Below, in pieces: positions 1 through 9,508 of a stretch of 32,000 nucleotides of DNA (positions within the stretch are counted from its first letter, which is position 1; the number at the start of each line of letters is the position of its first letter). The stretch comes from Candidatus Portiera aleyrodidarum (GTDB lineage Bacteria; Pseudomonadota; Gammaproteobacteria; Johnevansiales; Johnevansiaceae), in contig NZ_LN649255.1 in assembly GCF_000953295.1 (NCBI RefSeq), forward strand, positions 1 to 32,000, written 5' to 3'. The notes below the pieces were generated by a model, which saw only the letters and a list, made by a program, of their open reading frames with translations, had not been told where the DNA came from and did no database searches. The position numbers were made by a program, and so were the translations under genes.

Positions 1-1899
1 ATGGGAAAAATTATAGGTATTGATTTAGGTACTACAAACTCTTGTGTAGCTGTATTAGATAATGGAAAAAGTCGTGTAATTGAAAATTCAGAAGGTGCGC
101 GAACCACTCCTTCTATAATTGCGTATACAGATGAGAATGAAATATTAGTTGGGCAAGCTGCAAAACGGCAAGCTGTAACAAATCCATCTAAGACTTTATA
201 CGCAATCAAACGTCTTATCGGTCGCAAATTTAATGATAAGGTAGTACAAAAAGATATAAAAATGGTGCCTTATAAAATTGTAAAAGCTGAAAATGGAGAT
301 GCATGGGTAAAAGTAAAAAATAAAAAATTAGCTCCGCCTCAAATTAGTGCAGAAATATTAAAAAAAATGAAAAAAACAGCAGAAGATTATTTAGGTGAAA
401 AAATAACTGAAGCTGTAATAACAGTACCAGCTTATTTTAATGATTCACAAAGACAAGCAACTAAAGATGCGGGACGTATAGCTGGTCTTAAAGTAAAACG
501 TATAATTAATGAACCAACTGCAGCAGCTTTGGCTTATGGTATGGATAAGACTAGAGGTGATAAAAAAATAGCAGTTTATGATTTAGGTGGAGGAACTTTT
601 GATATTTCAATTATAGAAATTGCAGATGTAGATGGTGAAACTCAATTTGAAGTATTAGCAACAAATGGCGATACTTTTTTAGGAGGAGAAGATTTTGATC
701 TAAAATTAATAAATTATATAGTAAAACAATTTCAAACAGAAAGTGGGATTGATTTATCAGGAGATTCTTTAGCAATGCAAAGGTTAAAAGAAGCTGCAGA
801 AAAAGGTAAAATAGAACTATCTAGTTCTCAACAAACTGAGATTAATTTACCATATATTACAGCTGACAAAACTGGGCCAAAACATCTTAATGTAAAACTT
901 ACTAGAGCTAAATTAGAATCATTAGTTGAAGATTTAATTAATAGATCTATTATACCTTGTAAAAAAGCTATCTCAGATGCAAAAATATCTAATTATGATA
1001 TAGATGATATTATATTAGTAGGTGGGCAAACACGTATGCCTTTAGTACAAAAAACAGTAGCAGAGTTTTTTGGAAAAGAAGCTAGAAAAGATGTAAATCC
1101 AGATGAAGCAGTAGCAATGGGTGCGGCAATTCAAGGTGGTGTATTGGGTGGTGATGTTAAAGATGTACTTTTATTAGATGTAACTCCTTTGACTTTAGGT
1201 ATAGAAACTATGGGTGGGATAATGACCCCATTAATAGAAAAGAATACTACAATCCCTACTAAAAAAACACAAATATTTTCAACAGCAGAAGATAATCAAA
1301 CTGCAGTAACTATTCATGCTTTACAAGGCGAACGTAAAAAAGCTTTACAAAATAAATCCTTAGGTAGATTTGATTTAACAGATATACCTCCAGCTCCTAG
1401 AGGGACTCCACAAATTGAAGTAGGGTTTGATTTAGATGCTAATGGAATCTTAAATATTACAGCTAAAGATAAAGCAACTGGGAAAGAACAATCTATTGTA
1501 ATCAAATCTTCTGGTGGTCTTACTGAAGATGAAATAAATAAGATGATTAAAGATGCAGAATCAAATAAAGAAGAAGATAAAAAATTTGAAGAATTAGTAA
1601 AAATAAGAAATCAATCAGATGGTATGATTCATACTATACGTAAAACATTAAAAGAAATAAAAAATAAAGATGAAAAAAAGAAAATTGAATCTTTAATTTC
1701 TAATCTTGAAGAAACATTAAAAAGTGATGAGATAAAAAAAATAAAAGATGATCTTAATAAACTTACTGAAGAATATAGTAAAGTTTCTCAAAAAATATAT
1801 TCAGATAAAAAAAATAATGTTTCTTCTAATAAAAAAGAAGGAGATGTAGTGGATGCTGAATATGAAGAAGTTAATAATAAAAATAATAAAAAAAAATAA
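1..1899 (+). CDS. dnaK: Molecular chaperone DnaK (Hsp70), complete
   Basis: 632-aa ORF starting at window base 1 with the canonical N-terminus [22 protein letters not shown] motif and C-terminal [10 protein letters not shown] tail are present. dnaJ follows 22 nt downstream. Confidence 0.97.
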   Translation: MGKIIGIDLGTTNSCVAVLDNGKSRVIENSEGARTTPSIIAYTDENEILVGQAAKRQAVTNPSKTLYAIKRLIGRKFNDKVVQKDIKMVPYKIVKAENGDAWVKVKNKKLAPPQISAEILKKMKKTAEDYLGEKITEAVITVPAYFNDSQRQATKDAGRIAGLKVKRIINEPTAAALAYGMDKTRGDKKIAVYDLGGGTFDISIIEIADVDGETQFEVLATNGDTFLGGEDFDLKLINYIVKQFQTESGIDLSGDSLAMQRLKEAAEKGKIELSSSQQTEINLPYITADKTGPKHLNVKLTRAKLESLVEDLINRSIIPCKKAISDAKISNYDIDDIILVGGQTRMPLVQKTVAEFFGKEARKDVNPDEAVAMGAAIQGGVLGGDVKDVLLLDVTPLTLGIETMGGIMTPLIEKNTTIPTKKTQIFSTAEDNQTAVTIHALQGERKKALQNKSLGRFDLTDIPPAPRGTPQIEVGFDLDANGILNITAKDKATGKEQSIVIKSSGGLTEDEINKMIKDAESNKEEDKKFEELVKIRNQSDGMIHTIRKTLKEIKNKDEKKKIESLISNLEETLKSDEIKKIKDDLNKLTEEYSKVSQKIYSDKKNNVSSNKKEGDVVDAEYEEVNNKNNKKK

Positions 1900-1921
1900 T
1901 ATATAAAGGCTTTATTTATTA

Positions 1922-2980
1922 ATGTCCAAACGTGATTATTATGAAGTATTAGGTATTAGTAGAAATGCAGATCAAAAAGAAATAAAAAAAGCATATCGGA
2001 GATTAGCTCAAAAATATCATCCAGATAGAAATCCTAATGATAAACAAGCAGAAAAACGGTTTCGTGAAATATCTGAAGCATATGAAATACTTTCAGTAAA
2101 AGAGAAAAGAACTGCATATGATCAATTTGGCCATTCAGGAATAGAAGATGGTCAAACAAATAATAATTTTAATACAGGTTTTAGTGATATGTTTGGAGAT
2201 GTTTTCGGTGATATTTTTGGAAGTAGTAATAAAAGATCAAATAGTCCACAAAGAGGGTCTGATTTACGTTATAAATTAAATATTGAACTTGAAGAAGCTA
2301 TATATGGTAAAAAAATAAATATTACTTTAAAAAAATTAGTTAAATGTAATAGATGTAATGGTAATAGATCAGAACCAGGTTATAAAACTAAATATTGTCC
2401 TAGTTGTAAAGGTTTAGGGCAAATACGGATGCATCAAGGGTTTTTTTCTATACAACAAACTTGCAATAATTGTAAAGGGAATGGTGAAATTATAGATAAA
2501 TCTTGTATCAAATGTAATGGAGAAGGTCGTATAAATGATAAAAAAAAATTATCTATTAAAATCCCACCTGGAGTAGATAATGGTGATCGGATAAGAATTA
2601 TAGGGGAAGGAGAAAGTGGTATTAATGGAGGAAAATATGGAGATTTATATGTACAAATAGCTATAAAACCACATAAGATTTTTATTAGAGAAGGTAAAAA
2701 TTTATATTGTTCAATACCAATCAATTTTGTAGATGCGGCATTAGGGGGAGTATTAGAAGTACCAACTTTAGAAGGAAATCAAGTTAAATTAAAAATCCCA
2801 GCTGGAACCCAAACAGGAAAACAATTTAGAATTAAAGGAAAAGGGGTTAAATCAATACGTAGTAATTATCCAGGAGATTTATTGTGTAAAGTAATAATAG
2901 AAACCCCTATTAATCTTAATAAAAATCAAAAAGAATTATTACGTAAATTTCAAAAAAGTATTGAAAAAAAAACATTCTAA
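1922..2980 (+). CDS. dnaJ: Co-chaperone DnaJ (Hsp40)
   Basis: 352 aa. J-domain with HPD (KYHPDRNP), short G/F region, four CxxCxGxG-type zinc-finger repeats ([32 protein letters not shown]) and a C-terminal substrate-binding domain. Confidence 0.95.
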   Translation: MSKRDYYEVLGISRNADQKEIKKAYRRLAQKYHPDRNPNDKQAEKRFREISEAYEILSVKEKRTAYDQFGHSGIEDGQTNNNFNTGFSDMFGDVFGDIFGSSNKRSNSPQRGSDLRYKLNIELEEAIYGKKINITLKKLVKCNRCNGNRSEPGYKTKYCPSCKGLGQIRMHQGFFSIQQTCNNCKGNGEIIDKSCIKCNGEGRINDKKKLSIKIPPGVDNGDRIRIIGEGESGINGGKYGDLYVQIAIKPHKIFIREGKNLYCSIPINFVDAALGGVLEVPTLEGNQVKLKIPAGTQTGKQFRIKGKGVKSIRSNYPGDLLCKVIIETPINLNKNQKELLRKFQKSIEKKTF

Positions 2981-3010
2981 AAAAAAATTGGTTTTAATGT
3001 GTAAAAATTT

Positions 3011-5140
3011 TTAGGATTTTAAATTAGCTTCAAATTCTGTTTTTTCAATTGGATCAATTTCTTTAATTGATAATTTTATTTTTCCTTTATTATCTTTTTC
3101 TAAAACTTTTACTGGTACAATATCTCCTTCATTAATAAAATCTCTTATATTTTTAACATGGCCTGAACTAATTTGTGAAATATGAACCAGGCCATCAGTT
3201 CCAGGCAGAAAATTAACAAAAGCACCAAAATCCATTATACGTATTACTTTCCCTCTATAGATTTTATTAATTTTAGCTTCTTCAGTAATCATCTTAATAG
3301 CTTCAATAGCTTTTTGTGAATTAATTTTATTATTCGCAAAAATATGTATTTTTCCATCATCTTTAATATCTATAATAGTCTTTGTGCTATCACATATTTT
3401 TTTTATAGTTATTCCCCCTTTACCTATCACATCACGTATCTTATCTGTTTCTATTTTTAATATTACATTAATTGGTGCTTTATTAGAAATTTTTTTTCTA
3501 CTTTTACTTATTACTAAATTCATTTTATAAATAATATTTTTTCTAGCTTCTAACGCTTGATTTAAAGTTAATTGTATAATTTCTTTATTAATACCTTTTT
3601 GTGTTTTTATATCCATTTGTAATGCAGTTATACCATTTCTAGTCCCAGCTACTTTAAGATCCATCTCACCAAAATTATCTTCATCACCTACTATATCTGT
3701 AATTATTAAATATTTTTCTTGTTTTGTAATTAACCCCATCGCCACCCCAGCTACTGTATAAGTTAATGGGACCCCAGCATCCATTAGGGCTAATGAGGCA
3801 CCACATACTGAAGCCATAGAACTAGACCCATTAGATTCAGTAATTTCTGAAACTATTCTTATGGAATAAGGAAAATCTTCTTTAGATAAAACACCACTTA
3901 CAGCTCTTTTTGCAAGATTACCATGACCAATTTCACGGCGTTTGGGTAAACCAATAAAACCTATTTCTCCTACACTAAAAGGTGGAAAATTATAATGAAA
4001 CATTAAATTCTCATATCGTTCTTCTTCTAAACCTTCTATTAACTGAGCTTCACGTAAACTACCCAAAGTTATGGCAATAAGTGCTTGAGTATCTCCCCTA
4101 GTAAATAAAGCAGAACCATGTGCACTTGGCAAAATACCTAATTGGATGGATAATGAACGTATTGATTTTAAAGCACGACCATCTAGCCGTTTGTTTGTTT
4201 CAAAAATTTTATTTATAAATATTTTTTTTATTATTACATTTAATTTTTCATAAATTATTTCGTATTTATATTTAAAATAATTATTTAGAAATTTTTCAAG
4301 AACTTGATTTATAATTATATTTAATGCTTCTTTTCTTATTATTTTATCAAAAATATAAAATATATCTTTTATACTATAATTAAATTCATTAAATAATTTA
4401 TTTTCTAAATATATATTTTTTTTATTTTCTTTTTTTTTATTATTTTTTATTAACCGATTATTTTTTTTCTTATATTCTTCAGTAAATTCATTTATATTTT
4501 TTATTAAAAATTGCATTTCTCTATGTGCATAACATATTGCACCTAAAATTATTAATTCTGTTTTTTCTTTTACTTCAGCTTCAACCATTAATACTGATTT
4601 ATTTGTTCCGGCTACAACTATATCTAATTCAGAATTTATTTCATTATTTATATTAAGCCAATAACCAATTTCTTTATTAAACCCAACTCTAGCAACTCCA
4701 ATTGTATCTATTAAAGGTATATCTGAAATACCTATTGCTGCATATGTCCCAATCATAGCAGCCATATCTGGATTAGTTTTCTTTTCAGCAGAAATTACTG
4801 TACATATTATTTGTACTTCATTTTTATAATTTTTATTTATATTAGGTCTTATTGGTCTATCAATTAGTCTTGAAGTTAATATTTCTTTTTCAGTAGGACG
4901 ACCTTCTCGTTTAAAAAAACCACCTGGGATTTTACCTGCAGCATAAGTTTTTTCTTGATAATATACTGACAAAGGAAAATAATCTTGATTTTTTATATTT
5001 TTATTTACAACTACTGTACATAATACCACAGTATTATCAATAGTAATAACGACACTCCCATTTGTATTTTTAGCTATTTTACCTGTTTCTAAAATAATAT
5101 TTTTTCCACCATACTTAAATTTTTTTATATATAAAATCAA
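3011..5140 (-). CDS. pnp: Polyribonucleotide nucleotidyltransferase (PNPase)
   Basis: 709 aa, full length compared with about 711 aa in E. coli. Two RNase PH-like halves plus KH and S1 domains at the C-terminus (GKVIRIMDFGAFVNF). TTG start (plus-strand caa at 5138-5140) with AGGA 7 nt upstream. Lies immediately downstream of rpsO. Confidence 0.95.
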   Translation of the reverse strand: MILYIKKFKYGGKNIILETGKIAKNTNGSVVITIDNTVVLCTVVVNKNIKNQDYFPLSVYYQEKTYAAGKIPGGFFKREGRPTEKEILTSRLIDRPIRPNINKNYKNEVQIICTVISAEKKTNPDMAAMIGTYAAIGISDIPLIDTIGVARVGFNKEIGYWLNINNEINSELDIVVAGTNKSVLMVEAEVKEKTELIILGAICYAHREMQFLIKNINEFTEEYKKKNNRLIKNNKKKENKKNIYLENKLFNEFNYSIKDIFYIFDKIIRKEALNIIINQVLEKFLNNYFKYKYEIIYEKLNVIIKKIFINKIFETNKRLDGRALKSIRSLSIQLGILPSAHGSALFTRGDTQALIAITLGSLREAQLIEGLEEERYENLMFHYNFPPFSVGEIGFIGLPKRREIGHGNLAKRAVSGVLSKEDFPYSIRIVSEITESNGSSSMASVCGASLALMDAGVPLTYTVAGVAMGLITKQEKYLIITDIVGDEDNFGEMDLKVAGTRNGITALQMDIKTQKGINKEIIQLTLNQALEARKNIIYKMNLVISKSRKKISNKAPINVILKIETDKIRDVIGKGGITIKKICDSTKTIIDIKDDGKIHIFANNKINSQKAIEAIKMITEEAKINKIYRGKVIRIMDFGAFVNFLPGTDGLVHISQISSGHVKNIRDFINEGDIVPVKVLEKDNKGKIKLSIKEIDPIEKTEFEANLKS

Positions 5141-5163
5141 TATTTTTTCCTTTTTTTTTTAAA

Positions 5164-5433
5164 CTAATGACGTAAATTAATTTTTTTAATTAAATATTTA
5201 TAACGTGCTTGATTTTTTATTTTTAAATAATTTAAAAGTTTTTTACGTTTATTTACCATACGAATCAACCCTCTTTTCGAATGATAATCATATTTATTTT
5301 TTTTTAAATGATTTTGTAATATAAATATATTATTAGTTAATAAAGCTATTTGAACTTCAGGATAACCTGTATCAAATTTATTTTTACCAAATGCATTAAC
5401 AATGGCAGCTTTATTTTTTTTATTAACAGCCAT
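5164..5433 (-). CDS. rpsO: 30S ribosomal protein S15
   Basis: I use the internal ATG at 5431-5433, which gives 89 aa, the same length as E. coli S15, with the conserved TGYPEVQIALLT. A GGAG lies 10 nt upstream inside the rbfA 3' end. The longer track ORF (to 5451) would overlap rbfA by 17 nt. Confidence 0.88.
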   Translation of the reverse strand: MAVNKKNKAAIVNAFGKNKFDTGYPEVQIALLTNNIFILQNHLKKNKYDYHSKRGLIRMVNKRKKLLNYLKIKNQARYKYLIKKINLRH

Positions 5434-5434
5434 T

Positions 5435-5785
5435 TTATATATTCTCTCCAATTATTTTATTTATTAATTTATTTAATTTATAACTACGATTAATACTTAC
5501 ATCATAATGAAATCTTAATTTTGGGATCTGATGTATTTTAATATTTCTATAAAGTTTAGATCGTAAATAACCTGAAGCTAATTTTAAAATTTTTGCATAT
5601 ATATTATTTTTTTTATTTTCATTCATTATAGTCCAATAAATCTCAGCATATTTAATATCTTTACTAACTATTACAGACTGTATTATAATTATTTTTTTTA
5701 TTCTAGGATCTTTTAATTTATATTGGATTAAATAAGCTAAATCTTTTTTTATTAGTTCAGAAATTTTTCTAATGCGATATTTCAT
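5435..5785 (-). CDS. rbfA: Ribosome-binding factor A
   Basis: 116 aa in the conserved infB-rbfA position. RbfA-like size and sequence (KD..A.LI......DPR). ATGA overlap with the infB stop. Confidence 0.85.
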   Translation of the reverse strand: MKYRIRKISELIKKDLAYLIQYKLKDPRIKKIIIIQSVIVSKDIKYAEIYWTIMNENKKNNIYAKILKLASGYLRSKLYRNIKIHQIPKLRFHYDVSINRSYKLNKLINKIIGENI

Positions 5786-7953
5786 ACATTTAATTTATCA
5801 AAACCTTCTATTTTATCTCCTATCTTAAGATCATTATATTTACGAATACATATACCAAATTCCATACCATTACTAACTTCATTAACATCTTCTTTGAACC
5901 GACGTAATGAATCTAAGTTCCCGTTATAAACAACTAAATTTTTACGAATAATACGTATTTTATTTTTACGTAAAATCTTACCTTCTCTTACTATACATCC
6001 AGCAATTATTCCTTTTTTTTTATTATTCTTAAATATATCACGAACTTCTGCTATACCAATAATTTTTTCAATCTTTTTAGGTTTTAATTTATTATTTATA
6101 ACTTCTTTAATACCATCAATTAATTTATAAATTATATTATAATAAAATAAGGATATATTTTCACGTTCAATAATATTTCTAGCTTCACTGGAAACATGTA
6201 CATTAAATCCAACTAATATTGCTTTTGATGGAATTGCTAATTTAACATCATTTTCATTTATATTTCCAACACTAGCTGATATTATCTTCACAATAATTTT
6301 CTCATTAGATAATTCATTTATAGAACTACGTAATGCTTCTAAAGTTCCTTGTACGTCTACTTTAAGTATAATTTTGATTGTATTTATTTTTTCTCTTTTT
6401 TTAAATAAATTTTGATTAAATAGACTATTATTTTTTTGTTTATTATTTTTTTGTTTTATATAACGAATGTTAATTACATCACGTGCTTTTTTTTCATCTG
6501 ATACTACATTAATTTTTTCACCTGATTCTGGTATCCCATTTAATCCAATAATTTCTACTGGAATTGATGGACCTACTTTCTCTAAAGTTTTTCCTAAATC
6601 ATCTATAATTGCACGTACTCTTCCATAATTTAATCCAGATAATACTATATCTCCTTTATTTAAAGTACCATTTAAAACTAATATTTTAGCTACTGGGCCT
6701 TTTCCTATATCTATTCTTGATTCTATTATTACACCATTACCTGGTGAATCTAATACAGCAGTTAACTCTAAAATTTCTGATAATAAAATAACAGATTCTA
6801 ATAAAACATTTATACCTTCACCTGTTTTTGCTGAGACAGGGAGAAAAGGAGTATCTCCTCCCAAATCCTCAGGAATAAGCCCATATTTAGATAACTCATT
6901 ACGAACCCTTTCAATATCTATCCCTATTTTATCAATTTTATTTATCGCTACAATAATTGGTAATTTTTCATCTTTTGCATGTTCTATTGCTTCTATAGTT
7001 TGAGGTTTTATACCATCATCAGCTGATACTACTAATATAACTATATCAGTAAATTTTACACCAATTGCACGCATTTTTATAAAAGCTTTATGACCTGGAG
7101 TATCAATAATAGTTATGTTTTTTCCTTTATCTATTAATACATTATATACACCAATATGTTGAGTAATGCCTCCTAATTCTTTCTTTACTAAGTTAGTTTT
7201 ACGGATACAATCAATTAGAGATGTTTTTCCATGATCTACGTGTCCCATAACAGTAATTATTGGAATGCGGGTAATTTTTTTACCTTCATTAAAACTTTTA
7301 TTTTTTAATATATTTTTTTCAATTTCATTAGTATTTCTAATTTTTGGAGTATGCCCAAGTTCTTCTACAACTAAACAAGCAGTATCTTTATCTATTTTTT
7401 GATTTTTAGTAACTGAAACCCCCAGATTAAATAATACTTTTATTAATTCTGCGGCTTTTATTGCCATTTTATTAGCTAAATATAAAATACTATTTGATTC
7501 ATAAATATTTATTTCTCTAATAATATTTTTTGTAGGAATTTTAAAAGTATGTAAATTAGATTTATTATTGTTTTTTTTTATTTTTTTCTTATCTTCTTCT
7601 AAAGACTTTTTTTTATTATTACGATTATCTTTTTTTTGTAAAAATTGTTTATTATTTTTATTTCTTTCTATTTTTTCTGTATTTATTTTTAAAAAAGTCT
7701 TTTTTTTACGTATTTGAATATCTATTAATTTATTTTCCATATGGATCTTACGATTTATTTTTCTAGTTAAAGTAATTATATTATTTATCCCGTGTTGAAA
7801 ATGAAGATAATTTAATAATATTTGTTTATCATTTTCTGTTAATAAATTATCTGCATTTTTATGTTTCAAACCAGCACAATTTAAATAATTAAGCAACCTA
7901 TTTATATCACATCCAATTTTTATAGCAAAATCTTTAACAGTTATTTCTACCAT
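5782..7953 (-). CDS. infB: Translation initiation factor IF-2 (N-terminally shortened relative to E. coli)
   Basis: 723 aa. GTPase motifs GHVDHGKTS, DTPGH and NKID. Conserved N-terminal MVEITVKDFA and C-terminal domains. Lies between nusA and rbfA. Confidence 0.95.
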   Translation of the reverse strand: MVEITVKDFAIKIGCDINRLLNYLNCAGLKHKNADNLLTENDKQILLNYLHFQHGINNIITLTRKINRKIHMENKLIDIQIRKKKTFLKINTEKIERNKNNKQFLQKKDNRNNKKKSLEEDKKKIKKNNNKSNLHTFKIPTKNIIREINIYESNSILYLANKMAIKAAELIKVLFNLGVSVTKNQKIDKDTACLVVEELGHTPKIRNTNEIEKNILKNKSFNEGKKITRIPIITVMGHVDHGKTSLIDCIRKTNLVKKELGGITQHIGVYNVLIDKGKNITIIDTPGHKAFIKMRAIGVKFTDIVILVVSADDGIKPQTIEAIEHAKDEKLPIIVAINKIDKIGIDIERVRNELSKYGLIPEDLGGDTPFLPVSAKTGEGINVLLESVILLSEILELTAVLDSPGNGVIIESRIDIGKGPVAKILVLNGTLNKGDIVLSGLNYGRVRAIIDDLGKTLEKVGPSIPVEIIGLNGIPESGEKINVVSDEKKARDVINIRYIKQKNNKQKNNSLFNQNLFKKREKINTIKIILKVDVQGTLEALRSSINELSNEKIIVKIISASVGNINENDVKLAIPSKAILVGFNVHVSSEARNIIERENISLFYYNIIYKLIDGIKEVINNKLKPKKIEKIIGIAEVRDIFKNNKKKGIIAGCIVREGKILRKNKIRIIRKNLVVYNGNLDSLRRFKEDVNEVSNGMEFGICIRKYNDLKIGDKIEGFDKLNV

Positions 7954-7979
7954 TATCTTTCTCCATAAATACCTGTTAA

Positions 7980-9266
7980 TTATTTTTTTATTTCATCTTT
8001 TCTTACTAAATTTAGCAATTCTTCTTTAGCACGTGATTTTAATTTTTTTATTAAATTTATATTAAATTCTTTTATATTTAAAAACTCTTCGACTGGAACA
8101 TATACAATTTCTTCTAATGAAGTAAAACCATATTCTACTAAAAATACTGCTATTTTTTTATCAATCTCAAGTTTTAAACTTAAATTTTTAACTTTATTTT
8201 TTATTTCTTTTTTATTTTTTTTATTAGCTTCATTTTTAGTAACTACATTTAATATCCATCCTGTTAATTCTGATGCCAATTTTATATTTTGTCCACATTT
8301 TCCGATAGCTTTATAATAATTATATTCATTAACAATGATTTCCATACTATGTTTAGTTTCATCAACAATTATAGAAAGAACATCTAATGGATACATAGCA
8401 TTAATAACAAATTTAGTATAATCATCATCCCAAAGTACAATATCAATACGTTCATTATGTAATTCATTAGAAATAGACTGGATCCGATAACCACGCATAC
8501 CTACACAAGACCCTACTGGATCAAGATTAAACTCATTTGTTTTAACAGCAATTTTAGCTTTATAACCTGGATCTCTAGCAACACTTTTTATTTCTATTAA
8601 TTCATCTAATATTTCAGGTACTTCTATTTTTATTAATTCAATTAAAAATTTTGAACAACATCTTGACAGTATTAATTTAAAATTCCGACTATTTGGATTT
8701 ACCTTAAATAATAAAGTACGTATCCTTTCATTAATATTAAACCGTTCCCCAGGCATCATTTCATTACGTGGTAAAAAACCTTCAGTTTTATCATCTAATT
8801 CAATTATTATACCCTCTTTAATTATTTTTTTTATATTCCCACATATTATTTCACCTATTTTTTTACTATAATTACGTATTATTTCAGTACGTTCAGCTTC
8901 ACGAACTTTTTGTATAAGAATTTGTTTTGCAATTTTAACAGCTATTCTACCAAAATTAATATTCTCAATTTTATATTCAATATATTTATTAAGTTCAATT
9001 TTTTTATTTATTTTTTTAGCAGCAGTATAAGGAATTTCTATAGATGATTTAGTATACTTTTCATCTTTAACTATTTTCCACCTACGAAAAGTATCATACT
9101 TGCCATTAAGTCGATTCATTTTAACTATAATATTTACATTTTGTCCTTCAAATCGTTTAATAGTTGCACTTGATAAAGCTTCTTCAACTGTTTTAAAAAT
9201 ACAGTTACGTGAAATACCTTTTTCATTATAAATAGAATCAATAATTAATAAAATATCTTTTCTCAT
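7980..9266 (-). CDS. nusA: Transcription termination/antitermination factor NusA
   Basis: 428 aa with NTD, S1 and two KH domains (GSCVGMRGYRIQSISNEL) and one C-terminal helix-hairpin-helix acidic repeat. Sits upstream of infB and downstream of the initiator tRNA, as in gamma-proteobacteria. Confidence 0.93.
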   Translation of the reverse strand: MRKDILLIIDSIYNEKGISRNCIFKTVEEALSSATIKRFEGQNVNIIVKMNRLNGKYDTFRRWKIVKDEKYTKSSIEIPYTAAKKINKKIELNKYIEYKIENINFGRIAVKIAKQILIQKVREAERTEIIRNYSKKIGEIICGNIKKIIKEGIIIELDDKTEGFLPRNEMMPGERFNINERIRTLLFKVNPNSRNFKLILSRCCSKFLIELIKIEVPEILDELIEIKSVARDPGYKAKIAVKTNEFNLDPVGSCVGMRGYRIQSISNELHNERIDIVLWDDDYTKFVINAMYPLDVLSIIVDETKHSMEIIVNEYNYYKAIGKCGQNIKLASELTGWILNVVTKNEANKKNKKEIKNKVKNLSLKLEIDKKIAVFLVEYGFTSLEEIVYVPVEEFLNIKEFNINLIKKLKSRAKEELLNLVRKDEIKK

Positions 9267-9326
9267 ACATTTTCCTATTAAAGGTTATACCTATTTTAGG
9301 AGTTTTAGGGGTTAAAATCAAAACTT

Positions 9327-9400
9327 TAGCGGGGATTGGATTTGAACCAACGACCTTCGGGTTATGAGCCCAACGAGCTACCTGCCTGCTCCACCCCGCT
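9327..9400 (-). tRNA. Initiator tRNA-fMet (anticodon CAU)
   Basis: Hand-folded 74-nt cloverleaf on the minus strand: AGCGGGG-TG-GAGC-AGGCAGGTA-GCTC-G-TTGGG-CTCATAA-CCCGA-AGGTC-GTTGG-TTCAAAT-CCAAT-CCCCGCT-A. Three G:C pairs close the anticodon stem, the initiator hallmark. Near-identical to E. coli tRNA-fMet. No encoded CCA. Confidence 0.9.
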
Positions 9401-9423
9401 TTAACTTAATAAAATAAACAAGA

Positions 9424-9508
9424 TGCCGAAGGCGGGAGTTGAACCCGCATAACCAGTTGGTTACTATCCCCTCGAAATAGCGTGTCTACCAATTTTCACC
9501 ACATCGGC
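9424..9508 (-). tRNA. tRNA-Leu, apparent anticodon GAG (type II, long variable arm)
   Basis: 85-nt minus-strand sequence GCCGATGTGGTGAAAATTGGTAGACACGCTATTTCGAGGGGATAGTAACCAACTGGTTATGCGGGTTCAACTCCCGCCTTCGGCA. It is collinear with E. coli leuU (tRNA-Leu GAG), has an A73 discriminator and a long variable arm. It occupies the same position as the tRNA-Leu upstream of the initiator tRNA and nusA in other gamma-proteobacteria. Confidence 0.85.

Noticed and set aside
1314-1505. 63-aa ORF antisense within dnaK
   Set aside because: It lies entirely inside the strongly supported dnaK frame on the opposite strand. It has no recognisable motifs, and such ORFs are expected from codon bias.
2434-2724. 96-aa ORF antisense within dnaJ
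   Set aside because: It is embedded opposite the conserved zinc-finger/CTD region of dnaJ. The sequence is low-complexity and proline/isoleucine-rich with no homolog features.
3002-3013. Palindrome taaaaattttta at the dnaJ/pnp junction, with a near-copy at 17236-17248 (dapB/yggT junction), as recombination sites for the inversion
   Set aside because: A5T5-type strings are abundant in this genome composition, and the two copies differ in length. There is not enough evidence to infer a mechanism.
5164-5451. Longer 95-aa version of rpsO starting at ATG 5449-5451 (MERIYKMAVN...)
   Set aside because: The extension has no counterpart in S15 and would overlap rbfA by 17 nt. The internal ATG at 5431-5433 gives the canonical 89 aa and has a GGAG upstream.
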